Assembly (NCBI GenBank): GCA_032718475.1
Contig: JAUCBJ010007531.1
Span: forward strand, 1 to 59,778
Direction of reading: 5' to 3'
Origin: Nemertoderma westbladi
Lineage: Eukaryota; Animalia; Xenacoelomorpha
DNA length: 59,778 nucleotides
This document shows, in pieces, positions 26,163 to 37,700 of the stretch (its first letter is position 1; each line of letters begins with the position of its first letter). The translations under genes and the position numbers were made by a program. Below the pieces are notes generated by a model, which worked only from the letters and a program-made list of their open reading frames with translations, was not told the origin of the DNA and did no database searches.

Positions 26163-29100
26163 TCACGTTATGGAGTCCCTAGATATTTGCCGGAGTAGGG
26201 AAGTAGTCGTAGGAAGAGTATCTTGCCTTCCATAGTTTTCGGACAGTTTTCGGTCTCTTTCCAGTAAACATAAACGACTAGCTGGGCGATTGAGTTGTTG
26301 TGTTACTTTCTCCGCTCCCTTGGCCTGTCTAATTTCTGCCGTGGTAAGATGAGGAGGCCATTCTTCTTCTTCTTTACTTAAGGAGTCGGATCCACCTAAC
26401 CAGCCTGGAGTATCTATCAGTTCTTGAGGAGTTGCTCCTCTGGAAGCGATGTCGGCTGGATTAATCGTCCCAAGGCAATGTCTCCATTGATCTACATTGG
26501 AGTTAATATCGTCATTATCTGAGGAGTATGGTGTTCCCTCAGTTGGGTCGTCCACATCACTGCTCTCCACTTCCCCCTTTACTTGGTATACCTGTTGTTG
26601 AGGTAATCTCTCTTTGAGAGTTCTACGGGAAGGGCCAGTGAAGTACCAACCTACTCTAGTTCTTACCGCATAAGTTTGCAGTGGCTGCGGTTGAGCAGGC
26701 CGTTTCTCCAATGGCTCGAGCGCCTCATGCGCGTTTTGGCCGATGAGTATTTGCACTCCAGGATAATCTGTCTGGAATCGAGGTATCTTAAGATGTTGGA
26801 TGTTCTCATCCTCGTCCCAATTATAAGGTTCTGCTTGAGTAGTAGCAAAGTTCTTTATAGCCACCATTTTTACTGACCTTATACTTTGTGCTCCTAATTT
26901 ATCCTGGGGGGTGGACAACGCACCTACATAGTAATCTGCCGTTAGGGTAGATTTCCAAACCTGCATAATTCCTGACATATTCAATTTAGTCCGGAACTTG
27001 GGTTGTCCAGCAAAGATATCTTCGGCTAGTTCTTGATCGATGAATGTTCCTGTGCTGCCGGAGTCAAGTAGGGCGTTCACTATGTAACTCTTGTTGGGAC
27101 CATGAACTCGAACTTGCACTACAGGAAATTCTCTTATTCCTATGTTGGAAGTTGGAACTTTCCAAGATGGTTGTTTGTCAAAAGGAGTTGGAGTAAACTC
27201 GTCAGTGTCCTTTTCATCCGTAAGTGCTCGATACACTGTGGTATTTATTAGATAACAGGATTCGTTGGCATCGGAGAATTCGTCTGTATAGAATCCTTCC
27301 CACTCAGAACCTTGGTCAGTGTCGTTCACATCACTGAATTGGACATGTAGTTCGGGCTCACTTACCTGACTCGGGTTGTCTCGTTCGAACTCACTGTGTA
27401 ACAAAATGTGATGTTTCGCGCCACACTTTGCACACTTTGCGTCGGAGTAACAGGTTCGCCGTTGGTGTCCTGATCTGAGGCAATTATAGCATAACCGCTT
27501 ATTCCACAGGACTGTACGTCTGTCTACAGGGGATTTCTTTAGAAATTCAGCACACGCACTCAAACGGTGAGGCCCGTCGCACAGCGCACATTTTGGTTTG
27601 ATGTTACTCACCTTAACTTGGTTAACGTTATGCACTCTCGTTCTTTCTTCGGGCTTTCTTCCGTGAATTCTCTTAGGAGACGTAGGAGGAGTTGTTGTTA
27701 CCTGTTCTCTCCTGTCACTGGTTCGAGACTTGTATTTACTTACGTCTTTATAGGTCTTGTTGTCATAGTAAGATTTTGCTGTGTCTTTCCCGCTGTCCTC
27801 TTCTTGAGAAGCTTGGCTCTCGCCGTCGTCAGTATAACACACTGGTATTATCCTTCTCCTAGAATCGGGTTTCTCACTTACCTTATTTTTCGATGTTTTC
27901 TCTCTGGACTGCCTTATGAGTTGTAATTTTACTTCACTATCTAAGAAAGACATGAGATCAGCCATGGTAGGACTTCGTCGTTGTTGTTCATTCATGTACA
28001 ACACTTTCTTGTCCCAGCGTGTACATACTCCACCCTTTGGTAAAGTAGAGACTACGGCTCCAATAACCATGGAACTCTGATATTCATGCGACTTACCTAA
28101 CCAGTCCAGTTGTCTACAGATCTCTTGAATTTCATCGGAAAACTCTATAATCTCGCTACTAAGGAAGTGTCGGGGGGCTACTAATTTTGCATACAAATAC
28201 TTAGCTATGTTATCCTTGTTACCATACCTGATGTTTAATGTATCCCAAACTTGTCTTAATCCATCTGGATGTCCAATAAACTTTAACGCCATTAACTTGG
28301 GAGGTCCTTCCAAACACTTGATGAGGAACCTAAGTTTCTCTCCGTTAGATAGTACAGAGTTCTGTATGCTATCTTTGTAATATTCGTTGAAAGGTAACCA
28401 TTTCATCTCATCTCCATTGAATTTGACGATCTCTCCCACTTTGACCGCTTGGCGGGCTTCTGTTCTAGCCATCTGACGCGTAAAGCTTTCTTGGGCCATC
28501 GTGTTATTTAATATCGAATTATCGGTATATAAATTTCTTGGATCATTATCAGGTCTATAGGGAATATCATTAATAACAGGTCTATAATCACCCTTAATAG
28601 GGTTTGCTATAGGAGTTTCAACTTCACTAGCAGTATAGATGCGTGTAGGCTCCACACCTTGCGCATGTGATACTTCAGACCTAACGGGTTGACTCAATGT
28701 TACCGGGGGCATTGGTATGCCTTTTTGTATATTGACTAATTTGTCGCGTTCTAGCGCGATACTTTGCTGCACTTCTTGCAACTCTGCTCTACTTTCCCTC
28801 ACTGTTCCCTTAAGTTGGTGGACAGTCTCCTGCATCTGTCCTAGCAGGAGATTCATCCCCCGCCGTCCCTCTTCCACCCACTCAACCGCCGAAGCGGGAG
28901 TCGCTAACATAGTAGCGGGCTGACGCGGGACGACGGGAGACAAATTATTGATTTCTCTCTCTGCTATCTGGACAGGGGTATTTGCATGGACTGTTCCGCC
29001 GGGTACAGGTAGTGTAGTGCTATGTAAAGGGAATTTAGAGTTAAGCTCTGGAAGTGCAGGGGTCTCTAGCACAGAAGTGACTTTGGGAATTACAGGCCTA

Positions 29101-30806
29101 ATTATTTCAGGTTCATCGACTATAGTAGGGAGTCTTTTGACCTGGATAAATTGTTCTATAGGTTCTGCCCTACCTAAATCTGTGCTAGTTAGCTGTCTTT
29201 TAACAGCTGGGGGTAAATCAGGCAATTTACGACGGTAATATGTTTTTCTACGCCTACTTAGATGAGATCTATCTCCTCCGCCTTCAGGGTCTGTAGTATC
29301 GCCTTCCTCCGATGATGTGTACCCTTGGCGCTTGGGAGTAGATTTTCTCATCATCTGCATCTGATTAGCAGTATACTGTTTATTTATACTGTCTTGTGTC
29401 TCTTGCAGATTTTCTAACTCCAGTTGGGTAGTCTGCTCAGATGCTCTCCTTTCTGCTTCTGCCACTGCCTTTGCCACTTTTCTTTTTGCTTCTACTTCTG
29501 CCTCTGCCTCTGCAGCCGCTGCCTTTCTTTCTGCTTCTGCATTTGCCTTTGCCACCGTCTTTGCTGCTTTACTTTCTGCTTCTGCCTCTGCTATAGCCGC
29601 CGCCATAGCCGCCGTTTTTTGTTCCTCTATCCTTCTTTTCTTTATTTGTTCTTCTCGGACTCTAGTGAGACGGAGTTTTTCATCACATTCAGCTTGGTTT
29701 GCAGCTATCATTTCAATATCGATCGCGTCCAGTATAAGCTTGGTTCCTTCACTACTAGGGGAAAGTCCATGTAGCCGTCTCCTCAACTCTTCGTCTCCTA
29801 GGAATCGCTGATAGTCGGACAAATAAATGTCGATAGCGTCTCTAGTTTGCGGTTTCTCGGCGGCCTCTTCGCTTTTCGCTTGAGCAAGGGTGACATCAGT
29901 TGGTTCGGTGACATCAGTTGGTTCCTCATAGGTTGATCTCTCAGCCAGTTGGGATTTCCAATGGGCTGTTTCCTGTATTTTGAGATCTACCCGATGTAGC
30001 CAAGTTTTGACAGCAACCTGCAGCGACGTGTCCTGTCTTCTTTTGGAAGTTTCCTCAAAGGCTGAGAGGATTAGTCGAATGCGTAGGGTTCTTTCGCGTA
30101 TTTGATATAGCAGTTCTTCCTGCTCTTGAGGTCCGTGAGGTTGTCGAAACAGCTGCCCTTCCAATCGCTCCAAGGATCCGAAGAATCCCTGCACATATCC
30201 TGCTGCCGACCTCTTCCAAACAGCTGGATCCATTGTATCTTTTGCCACTCCCATCCTGTGTATATCTTCCCAAGTAGCCTCAGACAGGTCCAACGGGAGT
30301 CCGAGTCCGGGAAAGTTCCATTGTGATTCAACAACAGATATCAATTCTTCCCTGGCGTATCCCGCGTAATCATCTTGGGTCGCTTGCTTATTCTTCGCCC
30401 AGTCGGCTTGATGTTCCTCCACCGCAATGAGTATAGTAGTTAGTACTGCAGCAGGAAGAGTAAGAAGGGGGTCCGAGTAGACTGTATCAGCCATCTGCAC
30501 TCCATGTTCGGGAGTCAACTCTACAGTATCCGAACTGCTGGAGCTATCCGGTCTCTGGGAAGTAGGTTCTTGACCAAGATGTTGCTGCGATAGGACAGCT
30601 GCCTCTTGGTCCCGTTTTACCTGTGCCCGAGTGCCTATGATGGACCTATGGTGGACTAGCCTAGGGTCTGATACTACTGGAGGGATGACCTTTTTTACAG
30701 TAGGAGGTGAGCCGAACTTCTCTATTATTCGCTCCACTCTCCTATCTGAATCACAGATAGTGGTCTCGATCAGACTGTCCGACAGGTTTTGCTGAGTGTC
30801 AGACAT
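26163..30806 (-). CDS. BEL/Pao Gag-protease polyprotein with internally deleted Pol (1547 aa)
   Basis: Pao gag region (IVKFNGDEMKW..F...LSNGEKLRFLIKCLEG), three BEL Cys/His knuckles (CALCDGPH..C, CYNCLRSGH...C, CAKCGAKHHILLH), protease ALLDSGS / ILIG / TRVGW. After that only the RNase H tail WRH....NPADIASRG and the integrase tail RPASRLCLL remain; no RT core. Confidence 0.93.
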   Translation of the reverse strand: MSDTQQNLSDSLIETTICDSDRRVERIIEKFGSPPTVKKVIPPVVSDPRLVHHRSIIGTRAQVKRDQEAAVLSQQHLGQEPTSQRPDSSSSSDTVELTPEHGVQMADTVYSDPLLTLPAAVLTTILIAVEEHQADWAKNKQATQDDYAGYAREELISVVESQWNFPGLGLPLDLSEATWEDIHRMGVAKDTMDPAVWKRSAAGYVQGFFGSLERLEGQLFRQPHGPQEQEELLYQIRERTLRIRLILSAFEETSKRRQDTSLQVAVKTWLHRVDLKIQETAHWKSQLAERSTYEEPTDVTEPTDVTLAQAKSEEAAEKPQTRDAIDIYLSDYQRFLGDEELRRRLHGLSPSSEGTKLILDAIDIEMIAANQAECDEKLRLTRVREEQIKKRRIEEQKTAAMAAAIAEAEAESKAAKTVAKANAEAERKAAAAEAEAEVEAKRKVAKAVAEAERRASEQTTQLELENLQETQDSINKQYTANQMQMMRKSTPKRQGYTSSEEGDTTDPEGGGDRSHLSRRRKTYYRRKLPDLPPAVKRQLTSTDLGRAEPIEQFIQVKRLPTIVDEPEIIRPVIPKVTSVLETPALPELNSKFPLHSTTLPVPGGTVHANTPVQIAEREINNLSPVVPRQPATMLATPASAVEWVEEGRRGMNLLLGQMQETVHQLKGTVRESRAELQEVQQSIALERDKLVNIQKGIPMPPVTLSQPVRSEVSHAQGVEPTRIYTASEVETPIANPIKGDYRPVINDIPYRPDNDPRNLYTDNSILNNTMAQESFTRQMARTEARQAVKVGEIVKFNGDEMKWLPFNEYYKDSIQNSVLSNGEKLRFLIKCLEGPPKLMALKFIGHPDGLRQVWDTLNIRYGNKDNIAKYLYAKLVAPRHFLSSEIIEFSDEIQEICRQLDWLGKSHEYQSSMVIGAVVSTLPKGGVCTRWDKKVLYMNEQQRRSPTMADLMSFLDSEVKLQLIRQSREKTSKNKVSEKPDSRRRIIPVCYTDDGESQASQEEDSGKDTAKSYYDNKTYKDVSKYKSRTSDRREQVTTTPPTSPKRIHGRKPEERTRVHNVNQVKVSNIKPKCALCDGPHRLSACAEFLKKSPVDRRTVLWNKRLCYNCLRSGHQRRTCYSDAKCAKCGAKHHILLHSEFERDNPSQVSEPELHVQFSDVNDTDQGSEWEGFYTDEFSDANESCYLINTTVYRALTDEKDTDEFTPTPFDKQPSWKVPTSNIGIREFPVVQVRVHGPNKSYIVNALLDSGSTGTFIDQELAEDIFAGQPKFRTKLNMSGIMQVWKSTLTADYYVGALSTPQDKLGAQSIRSVKMVAIKNFATTQAEPYNWDEDENIQHLKIPRFQTDYPGVQILIGQNAHEALEPLEKRPAQPQPLQTYAVRTRVGWYFTGPSRRTLKERLPQQQVYQVKGEVESSDVDDPTEGTPYSSDNDDINSNVDQWRHCLGTINPADIASRGATPQELIDTPGWLGGSDSLSKEEEEWPPHLTTAEIRQAKGAEKVTQQLNRPASRLCLLERDRKLSENYGRQDTLPTTTSLLRQISRDSIT

Positions 30807-32095
30807 GTTTAGTTATACAGTTGAATGTCTACTACTATAATTTCAGTTAAAGCAAATCTAGTAATTCAGTATGACCGCAAGCCTAGCGATTTATTACCGG
30901 TACCGTTACTCAGTGGAACGTGATATATATACAATATATTAGAATACCGGTATGCTTATAATATATAAGTATTATTACAGACTAGATTTGTCACAGAGTA
31001 CCGGTATATAATTTTAGCACAAATATATATATATATAGTAGGCCTATAATGAATACCGGTATACAGCTTACACTTATAGTATATAAGTATAATTCTGGAC
31101 TAGAATTAATTACAGAGTACCGGTATGATTTCAGCTCAAATTTATAGAAATAAATATAATAAGCCTATGGTAAGTACCGGTATGTCAATTATTTTTAGAA
31201 TAATTGAATTTCTGAATATTTTGGGGTTACTTCGTTACTTTAACTTACTTTATTACCGTTATTTAAGCAGTAGTCCAACTGACAGTGAGACCTAGTCGTT
31301 GTATGGCAGGCCTACTATTTATAAATCGTTTGAGTTGATTTATAATAGATATATACCCGTTTAAAAGGGTTTTTGACAATGTTTGAAATAAATGTTATTA
31401 TTTCTGGGGAAGTCACTACACAGAAGCTGAACGCTTCTCAGTGAAGTGCTATTTATTTGACACTAAAACTGATAATTCTAATTTACCTAAGTTACTTAAT
31501 ACTACGAATTACTTACGATACGGGTGAGATTAATTCTCTAATTAAACACAACAAAATATTACGTACGAAATTTTTAGGGTAATTTTACAGGAAGTCTACA
31601 AACCAGTCCAACAAAGGGTTAGATTTCTGGCTATTACAAAGGACAGAGTACTACGGTGTTTAAAATAATAAGTAGTAGTAAATATATTGTACTGTCCAGA
31701 TAGGAAAATACCACCGCCTGACGACCTATAACCGTATCGCTATAGGTACTACGTTATGTATCACGGATTGTTCCTATCCAGAAGTTAATAGAGCTAACGA
31801 ATGTGCCTATCAACCACTTTACAATACAAAAATACTGCCTACACTAATTACTTCGGAAGGCACTGTACTCTAAACCCTAAATTAGGTACAAGTACCGGTA
31901 TAACAAATAATCAGTAGTTAAATATACTTGAACAGTTAAAAGAACCACGGCATCTGCTGGAGTGACCGAAGCACAAAGTCGTCAGTCTTTACCTACGCCA
32001 AGCAGCCCTGATGTAGTACCGGGGTTAGTTTAACTATAACGGTATGTATAACAAGCACAATTACTGTAGGAATAAACTTGGGGACATGAATGTTG

Positions 32096-32477
32096 GGGGC
32101 CGTCCAAGTATGACGTCAGCACTTTAGGGGGGGGAGGGGGGTTGGGAAAATCTGATGACGTGCTGATGAGGGGAGGGGAGGGGGTCAGCCAAAATCTGAC
32201 GTCAGCATGTTCATTTATAGGTGCTAGAAGAGATATAGCAGAAGAGTAAATAGCTTGCCTATTTTAATTGTTCGAAGCCCCCGAAGGCCCGTAGCACGAC
32301 CTTCTGTTTCAGTTACCAGTCACCATGTTTCAGTGATTAGGACGCGAAATTTTTTTTAATCTGATTTAGGGGAGGGGGGGGGGGGGGGGTCAACGCCTAT
32401 CTGATGACATCTGATTTAGGGGAGGGAGGGGGTCAACATTTTGGGGAAAAGTGCAGACGTCATACTTGGACGGCCCC
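32096..32477. mobile_element. PIF/Harbinger-like MITE nested in the LTR-element leader
   Basis: TIR of about 29 bp GGGGCCGTCCAAGTATGACGTC(A/T)GCACTTT at both ends; 3-bp TSD TTG (32093-32095, 32478-32480). Confidence 0.85.
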
Positions 32478-32552
32478 TTGCGAATAATCGCATAAACTCT
32501 GAATAATAAATATTACGCTACCCGTACAGAATACTCAAACAAATACAAACCA

Positions 32553-33070
32553 AACGCTGGCAGACTACTATCAAGCCTAAACAAACTACTGTATGTGCAG
32601 ATTCTGAAACTGTTAGTTAGTATGCGTGCTAACACGGTAGTACGACTTACTCTTTAAGAGGGGATTGACCTTACAGTTATGACTGCCCCAACTTACTAAC
32701 GGCACTTGATCAGACCAACTCTACACACGCAGCAATCCCTTCAGACCTAAAAATAGCTAGACAACAATCCAGCCTACAAAATATCTGAGTAATAACTATT
32801 ACGGTACCTGAACAGACCACACAAACAAACACAGGCTAAAAACACTGGCAGACTACGATCAAGCCTAAATAAACTACAGTATATGCAGACTCTGAAACTG
32901 TTAGTTAGTATGCGTGCTAACACGGTAGTACGACTTACTCTTTAAGAGGGGATTGACCTTACAGTGTTGACTGCCCCAACTTACTAACGGCACTTTATCA
33001 GACAAACTCTACACACGCCGTAATCTCTCCAAACCCAACCACAGTCAGACAGCAGCTCAGCCTACAATTA
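32553..33070. repeat. Direct duplication with about 288-bp period in the LTR-element leader
   Basis: CTGGCAGACTAC...GGGATTGACCTTACAG occurs at about 32553 and 32841. Confidence 0.85.
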
Positions 33071-33509
33071 TCTGAACAATCTGAGCAGGGTCACACGCCT
33101 TCTGCTCAATATTAGCCTACTAGTAAATAAAACTGACAGAAATAGACCTAAGTAAAATCCCAATAAAAACCAGGCGTCCCCGATTTAATATCGAGACCTA
33201 CCGGTGTACAATAATCAAAATCGAATAATACTAATGTACTTGTACAGCAGTACCGGTACCGGTGATGACAGTTAGGCCTACTGACCTACAGAAGCACCGG
33301 TTCAGTTTTACCAGTCACTACGGTATTTTGCAACCTTATTGCCTACTGCAATAAGATTGTAAACCGTTACTGTTCTCCAGAACAGTATTAAACTGTATTT
33401 AATGCTTACACTTGCAACCTTATTGCTTACTGCAATAAGATTTATAAACTGTTACTGTTCGCCAGAACAGTATTCAATACCTACACTGCAATACAAGATA
33501 AACTGTTAC

Positions 33510-34730
33510 TGTTCGCGCTTTCGAAGACCTTTAGCAGTTTAACCTGCCAAAATTTATATGTCTTTTCGTTAATTAAAACCACTTTAGCATACGACAATAA
33601 TTTATGCTAATACGCAAAACATTAGCCGAAGTCAGCCCATGCGCGATCATTCACCCGATGGATCTACACCCGGGAGACTGAATTCGGATGCTTGAATTGT
33701 ATTATTACAGTGTAAGGTTGCAGTGTATACCTAATGTATTATTCGATAGATCGTTAATAATTAATCTCTGACAGATATTATTGGCTTTCGGGAAATATTA
33801 ACAGTTCCTTTAGGACGTGGCGCTTTATCTATTTAAACAGAACTAAGACTTATACTAAACGCAACGATACTGCCTATGATTAAAGTATAAAACGTATTCT
33901 TTAGGAAATACTTTGTTACCAATCACAATCATACACACTATTCTGCCGACAGTCAGTACATTTGATCACACATAAAGAGAGCAGTAATTGACTCACGTAG
34001 GGTCTGCTAAATAACATTGGATTCAATACACACCACATTAATATAAATCGCAATTGTTATGTATAGCCGGTCTCTCTAACCTGTAGTGTTATCAAGAAAT
34101 TGGGAATTGGGTGATTTATCCGTATTATCCAAATAGCAATATTTCCATCAACAAATATTTACAATTAATAACTGACGGTAAAATAACAGTACAAACAATA
34201 TGATTAATGAGTTAGGTGATATTCGATTCGGTAACAGTTTATACTTTCGATAATTCAAGCAGTTTACGGTACAGCAGTATCTATCCAAAAATGCCGGTGT
34301 TTCTGGCTTAGACAGCAATAACAACAAAGTATCAACTCTAAAACAGTAAGACTGAACACTCTCCTTATGATCGGCAGGAAAGCTACACGTCGACAGGAAA
34401 AACCGCCCTGATTGGCCCAAGCCAAACAAAGAACCACGCGGCCAATGGCTGTTTCCATGTCAGCAACCAGCTGCTAGATGTCGTAATATGAATCATCACG
34501 GCTAAGCTGTGAAAGGTGGTTGGTGCATTACAAGTTTTTTGTCTTACCATGTCCACTAAAACACGTATATAGCAGAATTACTTTTATGTCCGTTAAAACC
34601 CCTGTAAAGGTACCTTGCGGGCGAGGGGAATATATATACAGCTAGAAAACCTTTTTTAGAGTATTCCAGCGCCTGGGGGTAACTGGCCAGCAAAGGCAAA
34701 CGTATCAGTTATCCCACAAAAGCTTTTACA
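33510..34730 (-). repeat. 5' LTR (1221 bp)
   Basis: Direct repeat of 21956-23177. Confidence 0.95.
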
Positions 34731-37700
34731 ATACTGGTTCCCGCGGCCATGGAAAAGGTGAGTTATAGACGAAACATGCGATATACTGGTTCCCGCGGCC
34801 ATTGAGAAGGTGAGTTATAGACGAACCATACGATATACTGGTTCCATTATACGAACCATGCGATATACTGGTTCCCGCGGCCATGGAAAAGGTGAGTTAT
34901 AGACGAACCATGACATATACTGGTTCCATTATAGACGAACCATGCGATATACTGGTTCCCGCGGCCATTGAGAAGGTGAGTTATAGACGAACCATACGAT
35001 ATACTGATTCCATTATACGAACCATGCGATATACTGGTTCCCGCGGCCATGGAGAAGGTGAGTTATAGACGAACCATGACATATACTGGTTCCATTATAG
35101 ACGAACCATGCGATATACTGGTTGCCGCGGCCATTGAGAAGGTGAGTTATAGACGAACCATACGATATACTGGTTCCATTATACGAACCATGCGATATAC
35201 TGGTTCCCGCGGCCATGGATAAGGTGAGTTATAGACGAACCATGCGATATACTGGTTCCGTTATACGAACCATGCGATATACTGGTTCCCGCGGCCATGG
35301 AGAAGGTGAGTTATAGACGAACCATACGATATACTGGTTCTATTATAGACGAACCATGCGATATACTGGTTCCCGCGGCCATGGAGAAGGTGAGTTATAG
35401 ACGAACCATGCGATATACTGGTTGCCGCGGCCATGGAGAAGGTGAGTTATAGACGAACCATGCGATATACTGGTTGCCGCGGCCATGGAGAAGGTGAGTT
35501 ATAGACGAACCATGCGATATACTGGTTGCCGCGGCCATTGAGAAGGTGAGTTATAGACGAACCATACGATATACTGGTTCCATTATACGAACCATGCGAT
35601 ATACTGGTTCCCGCGGCCATGGAGAAGATGAGTTATAGACGAACCATGACATATACTGGTTCCATTATAGACGAACCATGCGATATACTGGTTCCTTTAT
35701 AGACGAACCATGCGATATACTGGTTCCCGCGGCCATTGAGAAGGTGAGTTACAGACGAACCATACGATATACTGGTTCCGTTATACGAGCCATACGATAT
35801 ACTTGTTCCGTTATACGAACCATGCGATATACTGGTTCCGTTATAGACGAACCATGCGATATACTGGTTCCGTTATAGGCGAACCATGCGATATACTGGT
35901 TCCTTTATAGACGAACCATGCGATATACTGGTTCCTTTATAGACGAACCATGCGATATACTGGTTCCTTTATAGACGAACCATGCGATATACTGGTTCCT
36001 TTATAGACGAACCATACGATATACTGGTTCCGTTATACGAACCATACGATATACTTGTTCCGTTATACGAACCATGCGATATACTGGTTCCGTTATAGAC
36101 GAACCATGCGATATACTGGTTCCGTTATAGGCGAACCATGCGATATACTGGTTCCTTTTTAGACGAACCATACGATATACTGGTTCCGTTATACGAACCA
36201 TACGATATACTTGTTCCGTTATACGAACCATGCGATATACTGCTTCCGTTATAGACGAACCATGCGATATACTGGTTCCTTTATAGACGAACCATGCGAT
36301 ATACTGGTTCCGTTATAGACGAACCATGCGATATACTGGTTCCGTTATAGGCGAACCATGCGATATACTGGTTCCTTTATAGACGAACCATGCGATATAC
36401 TGGTTCCTTTATAGACGAACCATGCGATATACTGGTTCCTTTATAGACGAACCATGCGATATACTGGTTCCTTTATAGACGAACCATGCGATATACTGGT
36501 TCCGTTATAGACGAACCATGCGATATACTGGTTCCTTTATAGACGAACCATGCGATATACTGGTTCCGTTATAGGCGAACCATGCGATATACTGGTTCCT
36601 TTATAGACGAACCATGCGATATACTGGTTCCTTTATAGACGAACCATGCGATATACTGGTTCCTTTATAGACGAACCATGCGATATACTGGTTCCTTTAT
36701 ATACGAACCATGCGATATACTGGTTCCGTTATAGACGAACCATGCGATATACTGGTTCCGTTATAGGCGAACCATGCGATATACTGGTTCCTTTATAGAC
36801 GAACCATGCGATATACTGGTTCCTTTATAGACGAACCATGCGATATACCGGTTCCTTTATAGACGAACCATGCGATATACTGGTTCCGTTATAGACGAAC
36901 CATGCGATATACTGGTTCCGTTATAGGCGAACCATGCGATGTACTGGTTCCTTTATAGACGAACCATGCGATATACTGGTTCCTTTATAGACGAATCATG
37001 CGATATACTTGTTCCGTTATACGAACCATGCGATATACTGGTTCCGTTATAGACGAACCATGCGATATACTGGTTCCGTTATAGGCGAACCATGCGATAT
37101 ACTGGTTCCTTTATAGACGAACCATGCGATATACTGGTTCCTTTATAGACGAACCATGCGTTATAGACGAACCATGCGATATACTGGTTCCGTTATAGGC
37201 GAACCATGCGATATACTGGTTCCTTTATAGACGAACCATGCGATATACTGGTTCCTTTATAGACGAACCATGCGATATACTGGTTCCTTTATAGACGAAC
37301 CATGCGATATACTGGTTCCTTTATAGACGAACCATGCGATATACTGGTTCCGTTATAGACGAACCATGCGATATACTGGTTCCTTTATAGACGAACCATG
37401 CGATATACTGGTTCCGTTATAGACGAACCATGCGATATACTGGTTCCTTTATAGACGAACCATGCGATATACTGGTTCCGTTATAGGCGAACCATGCGAT
37501 ATACTGGTTCCTTTATAGACGAACCATGCGATATACTGGTTCCATTATAGACGAACCATGCGATATATTGGTTCCATTATAGACGAACCATGCGATATAC
37601 TGGTTCCTTTAGACGAACCATGCGATATACTGGTTCCATTATAGACGAACCATGCGATATATTGGTTCCATTATATACGAACCATGCGATATACTGGTTC

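Larger units (their letters stand above)
21956..34730 (-). mobile_element. BEL/Pao LTR retrotransposon, non-autonomous, 12,775 bp
   Basis: Two LTRs with TG...CA ends, 5-bp TSD ATACT (21951-21955, 34731-34735), BEL-type gag-protease ORF on the minus strand, short purine tract GGGAGCGG next to the 3' LTR. Confidence 0.95.
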
